Below are positions 58,600 to 64,000 of a stretch of DNA of 64,000 nucleotides, piece by piece. The position numbers and the translations under genes are program-made. Positions within the stretch are counted from its first letter, which is position 1, and the number at the start of each line of letters is the position of its first letter. Under the pieces are notes generated by a model. It searched no databases and was not told the DNA's origin. It saw nothing but the letters and a program-made list of their open reading frames with translations. The stretch is from Bacteroidota bacterium. GTDB taxonomy: Bacteria > Bacteroidota > Bacteroidia > AKYH767-A > JAHEYN01. Location of the stretch: positions 52,662 to 116,661 of the forward strand of contig CANFOZ010000001.1 of assembly GCA_947448795.1 (NCBI GenBank), in the 5' to 3' direction.

Positions 58600-60191
58600 T
58601 AAAGTCCGGATACTGCCTGTAAAAGCCCAAGATCGTCAAAACTAGCCGGCATACGATCTGTTTTAACGCCGTGCTTACGCAACGCATTCGCAGTTGCATC
58701 GCCCATCGCTACCACTTTGCTATGTGCTGGAATTCGATGCTTCTCATAAAATGTATCGACATTCGATGGACTCGTGAATACATATACATCGAAGCCTTCA
58801 GCAGGCGGTTCAAAACGATCGGTATTTTTTACGGTTTCGTATACGACCAAATCAATAACTTGAGTCTTAGAGGTCACCTGCAACTGGATTGTCCGCATGC
58901 TTTCTTTTGCCTGTGGAAACAATATGCTTTTTGATCCGGCTAGTGCTGCGAATTTTTTACCGGTCATCTTGGTGTTATCGGCATCGCCAATAAAGTCGGC
59001 GCGTTTGCCAAATTTTCTCAATTCCTCGGCCGTTGATTTTCCTACCGTCGCGAAGCGACAGCCGTCTACATCCGGTTGCTGTTGCATGAAGTGCCGCACC
59101 GCATGTTTGCTCGAGAAGAAAACCCAATCTGTTTTGGTGTATTTGCGCATCGGCACGCGTTTTATATCGATCAAAGAGCAACCGCTAACACTGCATCCGC
59201 GAGCTTCTAAACCGCTTTTGAACAAGTCGTTTTTGCGTATGTCTCTGGAGATAAAAATCTGCGTATTTGCTGGAAAATGGGTGTTCAGCTTGTTCACCAC
59301 GCGTTCGGCCAAGCCCTCGCTGCGCTTAGCGCTTAGAAAAACGTGTCTAGGAAACTGATCCCAGGCATCTGCTTTAGCGGCCGACACATTGAAAATGGCT
59401 TGTCCATCGGCATCCTCTGTTTTTTCACAATAGGCGCCAAGCGGCAGTTGGCAGCCGCCGTCGAACAGGTTTAATATTTTACGTTCCACGGCTATGGCTT
59501 CGGCAATCTCAGGATGATCCAGGGCGCGAAGCAATGCTTTTAATTCCGTGTCTTCGGCTCTGATTTGCAGTGCTAAAACACCTTGCGCGGGTGCTGGTAT
59601 AAAGATGCGTGGATCGAGTTTGTCTGTATGAAATTCCGACAGGTCAATTTCGAGTCTAGACACACCTGCAAAAGCAATCAAGATGGCATCGTAGCCTAAT
59701 GCGATGTCGCGTAGTTTTTGAATGCGCGTTGGTACATTACCACGCAAGTCTTTTGTTTGAATATCAGGCCGCCAAGATAGTAGCTGCGATTTGCGGCGTG
59801 CGGAGGAGGTGCCAACGACGGCGTTCTCAGGCAAGCCAAATTTTCGTGAAGGATCAACCACTGTTTTTCGAATAAGCAGGATCTCGCTCGGATCTTCGCG
59901 ATCAGAAACGGCTGCTATAATAAGTCCTGGAACAGGATCGGTTGGAAGGTCTTTGTGGGAGTGAACGGCAAGGTCGATCTCTTTATTTAAAAGGGCTTCT
60001 TCAATTTCTTTTGTAAAAAAACCCTTGCCCTCAAGCTTATCTAAACTCAGATGCTGTATCTGGTCTCCTTTTGTACTGATTATTTTTAATTCGCTTGGGA
60101 TGTTTAACCGAGCCAACTCTGCCTGCACAAAATGCGCCTGCCAAAGGGCGAGGTCGCTTCCTCGTGAGCCAATTACGATAGGTTTTTGCAT
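58596..60191 (-). CDS. hemC/hemD: Fused hydroxymethylbilane synthase / uroporphyrinogen-III synthase
   Basis: 531 aa. The N-terminal ~300 aa are HemC (IVIGSRGSDLALWQA, the dipyrromethane cofactor Cys region). The C-terminal ~230 aa are HemD-like. The gene overlaps the hemB start by 4 nt. Confidence 0.8.
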   Translation of the reverse strand: MQKPIVIGSRGSDLALWQAHFVQAELARLNIPSELKIISTKGDQIQHLSLDKLEGKGFFTKEIEEALLNKEIDLAVHSHKDLPTDPVPGLIIAAVSDREDPSEILLIRKTVVDPSRKFGLPENAVVGTSSARRKSQLLSWRPDIQTKDLRGNVPTRIQKLRDIALGYDAILIAFAGVSRLEIDLSEFHTDKLDPRIFIPAPAQGVLALQIRAEDTELKALLRALDHPEIAEAIAVERKILNLFDGGCQLPLGAYCEKTEDADGQAIFNVSAAKADAWDQFPRHVFLSAKRSEGLAERVVNKLNTHFPANTQIFISRDIRKNDLFKSGLEARGCSVSGCSLIDIKRVPMRKYTKTDWVFFSSKHAVRHFMQQQPDVDGCRFATVGKSTAEELRKFGKRADFIGDADNTKMTGKKFAALAGSKSILFPQAKESMRTIQLQVTSKTQVIDLVVYETVKNTDRFEPPAEGFDVYVFTSPSNVDTFYEKHRIPAHSKVVAMGDATANALRKHGVKTDRMPASFDDLGLLQAVSGLY

Positions 60192-60194
60192 GAC

Positions 60195-61430
60195 TCAGTA
60201 AGCCCCTGCTTCGTCGATGAGAATGTCTTTCGCCATTTTCATCGGCACGCTGATGTATTTTTTCTCCATGTAATTGATAACCTTGTCGAGCAATTCTTTC
60301 GATGGCTGGTCGAGGGCTTCAATTTCTTTGACAAACACTTCGTTGATTGCAGTGTCTCTGATTTCACGCACTTTCTTAGGAATAAGCCCCATTGCAAGTT
60401 CTACTTTGCGTTCGCGCTTTGCGGTAGTGAATTCGCGCATGCCTAGGTTGATGATCACTTCACAGGCAGCGAGTTCTTTCTCGCGCTCACGGAGGTTTTT
60501 TTCGGCGAGGTCCTTCAGTTGATGGATGGATACGTAGCTGATGTCGTTGTCTTGTAAAATACGCTCGTCTAAATCATTCGGCAGCGCTAGATCAATGACC
60601 ACTTTTTTTGCATTGTCGTTCCCAAGCAGGGTTTTGTAGAGCGCAGGCGTAACGATCGCGTCCGAGGAGCCGGTGCAACAAATCAGCACATCAAATCCTG
60701 CTGTGTGTTCGGGAAGTTTGCTTAGCGCGTGTCCTTGGCCACCAAGCTCTGCAGCCAATTGAAGGGCTTTCTCTGCTGTCCTATTGTAGATATGAAAATT
60801 CTTGAAGCCGTGCTTCTTGAGGTATTTTGAAAAATTGGTATTCGTTACTCCAGCCCCGATTATCAGGAAGCGTGCATCTAATTTGATGTGTAAGTTCTTC
60901 AGCTTTCTATAAGCCAAGGACACAATCGAAACCGGATTCTTCGCAATCGCTGTGTGGGTGAAAATTTTCTTTGCGGTTTCGATGCCTTTTTGAACCACCA
61001 AACGGATCATTTCGCCTGTTAGGTTCTGTGCTTTACAGGTCTCGTAGGAGTGTCGCACCTGCGTAATGATTTCACGTTCACCAACTACCAAAGAATCTAG
61101 AGAGGATGCCACTTGAAAAAGGTGTTGTACAGCATCTTCTCCTGTGTAAAGTAGCGCCTGAGATGCAATCTGACTGATCGTTGGCACATCCAGATGCGGA
61201 TACAACAAGCGCAAAAAAGCATGCACATATTCTGCATCAAGTACCTCGTTTGAAGCGAGTAGAAACTCCACCCGGTTGCAGGTAGACAACAACATTACTT
61301 CTTTGGCAAAATGCTCGGTGAGTAGAGGAGTAAGTCGCTGGCCAATCTCCGTATTTTCAATATGCAACTTGCCAATCTCGTTGAGCGCCAAGTTTTTATG
61401 ATTGAAAACGATTGATTGTAGCTGTTTCAC
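60195..61430 (-). CDS. hemA: Glutamyl-tRNA reductase
   Basis: 411 aa. N-terminal catalytic domain (LSTCNRVE), a central NADPH-binding Rossmann fold (IIGAGVTN) and a C-terminal dimerisation helix. Confidence 0.85.
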   Translation of the reverse strand: MKQLQSIVFNHKNLALNEIGKLHIENTEIGQRLTPLLTEHFAKEVMLLSTCNRVEFLLASNEVLDAEYVHAFLRLLYPHLDVPTISQIASQALLYTGEDAVQHLFQVASSLDSLVVGEREIITQVRHSYETCKAQNLTGEMIRLVVQKGIETAKKIFTHTAIAKNPVSIVSLAYRKLKNLHIKLDARFLIIGAGVTNTNFSKYLKKHGFKNFHIYNRTAEKALQLAAELGGQGHALSKLPEHTAGFDVLICCTGSSDAIVTPALYKTLLGNDNAKKVVIDLALPNDLDERILQDNDISYVSIHQLKDLAEKNLREREKELAACEVIINLGMREFTTAKRERKVELAMGLIPKKVREIRDTAINEVFVKEIEALDQPSKELLDKVINYMEKKYISVPMKMAKDILIDEAGAY

Positions 61431-61522
61431 TGCGTTTTTTTAAGGAATGCAAAGGTCGTAATTCGAGCCCTTTGTGTGTCATGGTATTGTCAGAATGCCG
61501 CAGAAATGTAAGCGTAAAACCC

Positions 61523-61933
61523 TTATTCTACAAAGAAAAAGTAGCGTATGGCAGCCCATGTTTTTGGGACGCCTTTAGCATACCCGATGGCAGAGTGACT
61601 TGCGTTCTGGACGGTGCCTTCTTTTGTGATATAACCGATGATGCTATGGCTTGCATTTTGCACCGTGCCATCGTCTTTTACATAGCCGATGGTAGAATGG
61701 CTCGCATTCTGAATGGTTCCATCGTTTCGAATATAACCGATAACGGAGTGGCTCGCGTTTTGAACCGTTCCGTCTTTGGTTATATATCCAGTTTTGGAGT
61801 GGCTGGCATTCTGTATACGCCCATCCTCCGAAATATATCCTTGCGTGCTGTGGGATGAGCTTTGCAAGGTTTGTGCTTGCGCAAATTGGAACATTACGGA
61901 TAAAAAGAGCAGGAGGGTAGATTTTGTAAGCAT
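61523..61933 (-). CDS. Secreted tandem-repeat protein (six ~16-aa repeats, consensus QNASHSxIGYIxxDGT)
   Basis: 136 aa. Signal peptide MLTKSTLLLFLSVMFQFAQA, then six consecutive repeats (…GYISEDGRIQNASHS/KTGYITKDGTVQNASHS/VIGYIRNDGTIQNASHS…). Confidence 0.55.
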   Translation of the reverse strand: MLTKSTLLLFLSVMFQFAQAQTLQSSSHSTQGYISEDGRIQNASHSKTGYITKDGTVQNASHSVIGYIRNDGTIQNASHSTIGYVKDDGTVQNASHSIIGYITKEGTVQNASHSAIGYAKGVPKTWAAIRYFFFVE

Positions 61934-61943
61934 GTTGTTGTTT

Positions 61944-61989
61944 TAAAAAAATCCCCCGTGGGAATACACGGGGGATTGCTGTTTTTTTT
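61944..61989. terminator. Bidirectional hairpin terminator downstream of nrdA
   Basis: An A7 run, then AATCCCCCGTG-GGAATA-CACGGGGGATT (11-bp perfect stem), then GCTGTTTTTTTT. It lies between the nrdA stop and the repeat-protein start. Confidence 0.7.
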
Positions 61990-62004
61990 GTTAAAACGAG
62001 ATGA

Positions 62005-64000
62005 TCAGCTTCCGCAGGCTTCGCAGGCTTCTGGATTGTCGAGCGAGCAAGCGATTTCGGCAAGGCGTGTTTCGTGCGATACCTCAAGCGGTGTTTCTTG
62101 GCCTTTGCCAAGCACCGGTGTCACAGCCACTTCGGCTTGTTTCTCCAGGGTAAATTTGATAGCATCCACTGCCGATTTTGTGCGGAGGTAGTACATGCCG
62201 GTTTTCAGTCCTTTCTTCCAAGCGTAGAAATGCATGGATGTCAGTTTCGCGAAGTTAGCATCTTGAATGAAGAGGTTAAGCGATTGGCTTTGACAGATAA
62301 AGGCACCGCGATCGGCAGCCATGTCAATGAGTGAACGCTGTTTTATCTCCCAAACCGTTTTGTATACATCTTTGATATGCTGAGGAATCTCATCGATGTT
62401 CTGCACGCTGCCATTGGCGGTCATGATCTTGTTTTTTAGGTTCTGGTTCCAGATGCCTAGTTTAACAAGGTCAAGCAACAGATGTTTGTTTACCACGATG
62501 AATTCACCAGAGAGCACGCGGCGCGTGTAGATGTTCGAGGTATAGGGTTCGAAGCATTCGTTGTTGCCAAGTACCTGCGAGGTAGAAGCGGTAGGCATAG
62601 GCGCCAATAACAAAGAGTTGCGCACGCCGTGTTGTTTCACTTCTTCTTTAAGCTCTTTCCAATTCCAACGATTGGTTGGTGTGACATTCCACATGTCGTA
62701 TTGGAAGATGCCTTGAGATACAGGAGAGCCTGCATAGGTTTCGTAGGTGCCATTTAATTTTGCGAGATCCTTGGATGAGGTCATGGATGCAAAGTAGATG
62801 GTCTCAAAAATCTCAATATTTAGCTGACGTGCCTCCTCTGATTCAAAAGGCATCTTAAGCAGCATGAACGCATCCGCCAAGCCTTGCACGCCAATGCCGA
62901 TAGGGCGGTGACGCATGTTGCTGTTGCGTGCTTCTATTACTGGGTAATAATTAACATCGATGATTTTGTTCAGGTTCTTGGTGATGGTGTACGTTACATC
63001 ATACAAGCGCTGATGATCAAATTTGCCGTCGATTACAAAGCGAGGAAGTGCGATGGATGCAAGGTTGCAAACGGCGATCTCGTCAGCTGCTGTATATTCA
63101 ACTATTTCTGTGCAAAGGTTGGATGATTTAATCGTGCCCAAGTTCTTCTGGTTGGACTTCGCGTTACAAGCATCTTTGTAGAGCATGTAAGGCGTTCCTG
63201 TCTCAATCTGCGACTCGATGATGCTGAACCAAAGCTCTTGCGCCTTGATTGTTTTACGTGCTTTGCCGCTTTGTTCGTAAGAGGTGTAGAGTTTCTCGAA
63301 CTCTGCACCATGACAATCGGCCAAACCTGGCGCTTCGTTTGGACAGAAGAGCGACCAATGCGCATCCTCTTCAACGCGTTGCATGAACAGATCTGGAATC
63401 CAAAGTGCATAGAACAAATCGCGAGCGCGTACCTCTTCTTTACCGTGGTTCTTTTTCAGTTCCAAGAAGTCGAAGATATCAGCGTGCCATGGTTCGATGT
63501 AGATGGCAAAAGAGCCTTTGCGTTTTCCTCCACCTTGGTCAACATAGCGGGCTGTGTCGTTGAACACGCGCAGCATAGGAACAATACCATTAGAAGTGCC
63601 GTTAGTGCCACGAATATAGGAGCCCGTTGCACGTATGTTATGGATGCTTAGACCGATGCCACCCGCCGACTGCGATATTTGTGCGCAGTTGGTTAGTGTT
63701 TCATAGATGCCTTCGATGCTATCGCTTTTCATGGTGAGCAGGAAGCAAGAGGAAAGTTGTGGCTTTGGTGTGCCGGCATTGAACAACGTTGGCGTGGCAT
63801 GTGTGAACCAGCGCTCGCTCATCAAATTGTAGGTGTCAATAACCGAAGCGAGATCGTTTTTATGGATGCCAACGGATACGCGCATAATCATGTGCTGCGG
63901 GCGTTCGGCTACTTTTCCATGCGTCTTTAACAGGTATGATTTCTCTAAGGTTTTGAAGCCAAAGAAATCGTATCCGAAGTCGCGATCGTAAATGATAGAG
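62005..64000 (-). CDS. nrdA: Ribonucleoside-diphosphate reductase alpha subunit, class Ia (N-terminus beyond window)
   Basis: The ORF stays open to the window edge. Catalytic motif SNLCTEI, the radical-transfer/thiyl Cys region, and the C-terminal tail ...ACEACGS. Confidence 0.85.
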   Translation of the reverse strand, partial: SIIYDRDFGYDFFGFKTLEKSYLLKTHGKVAERPQHMIMRVSVGIHKNDLASVIDTYNLMSERWFTHATPTLFNAGTPKPQLSSCFLLTMKSDSIEGIYETLTNCAQISQSAGGIGLSIHNIRATGSYIRGTNGTSNGIVPMLRVFNDTARYVDQGGGKRKGSFAIYIEPWHADIFDFLELKKNHGKEEVRARDLFYALWIPDLFMQRVEEDAHWSLFCPNEAPGLADCHGAEFEKLYTSYEQSGKARKTIKAQELWFSIIESQIETGTPYMLYKDACNAKSNQKNLGTIKSSNLCTEIVEYTAADEIAVCNLASIALPRFVIDGKFDHQRLYDVTYTITKNLNKIIDVNYYPVIEARNSNMRHRPIGIGVQGLADAFMLLKMPFESEEARQLNIEIFETIYFASMTSSKDLAKLNGTYETYAGSPVSQGIFQYDMWNVTPTNRWNWKELKEEVKQHGVRNSLLLAPMPTASTSQVLGNNECFEPYTSNIYTRRVLSGEFIVVNKHLLLDLVKLGIWNQNLKNKIMTANGSVQNIDEIPQHIKDVYKTVWEIKQRSLIDMAADRGAFICQSQSLNLFIQDANFAKLTSMHFYAWKKGLKTGMYYLRTKSAVDAIKFTLEKQAEVAVTPVLGKGQETPLEVSHETRLAEIACSLDNPEACEACGS

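Noticed and set aside
61412-61858. 148-aa plus-strand ORF overlapping the tandem-repeat gene
   Set aside because: It is produced by the 48-nt periodicity of the repeat array read antisense. The minus-strand frame has a signal peptide and a clean repeat consensus.

Overview
This window is a Bacteroidota-type chromosomal segment. The call rests on a K/A-rich L17 tail, T9SS C-terminal domains, a GldE-like CorC protein and DUF3098.

The first 7.5 kb is the 3' end of the ribosomal-protein superoperon. It runs rplF(partial)-rplR-rpsE-rpmD-rplO-secY-map-infA-rpmJ-rpsM-rpsK-rpsD-rpoA-rplQ and ends in a hairpin terminator.

The remainder is mostly housekeeping:
- comM/yifB, mutS, trmH-like and hldD.
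- alaS, ftsX, uppP, truB, queA and ispD.
- mrdA-mreDCB, purH, hemA-hemCD-hemB, and a partial class Ia nrdA.

Between ~9.9 and ~28.7 kb lies a block that looks accessory. It carries secreted and membrane hypotheticals:
- a possible pentameric-channel-like protein.
- an OM beta-barrel.
- a signal-peptide protein with a C-terminal HVA1/Tudor-like module.
- a class-A-beta-lactamase-like hydrolase with a variant KTG box.
- an M43 metallopeptidase.

Two loci stand out:
- A 1282-aa membrane-anchored STAND-type P-loop NTPase with a ~800-aa WD40 beta-propeller region, followed 12 nt downstream by an unknown 344-aa protein. This is the best candidate for an undescribed conflict or signalling system.
- A putative phospho-Ser/Thr partner-switching-like module. 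A polytopic membrane protein and a TPR-coiled-coil-PP2C(SpoIIE) phosphatase converge on an operon encoding a SiaC-like DUF1987 protein, a lipoprotein and an FHA-domain ABC transporter.

No rRNA, tRNA, CRISPR array, transposase or integrase could be supported. Coordinates of small features that I counted by hand may be off by 1-2 nt.
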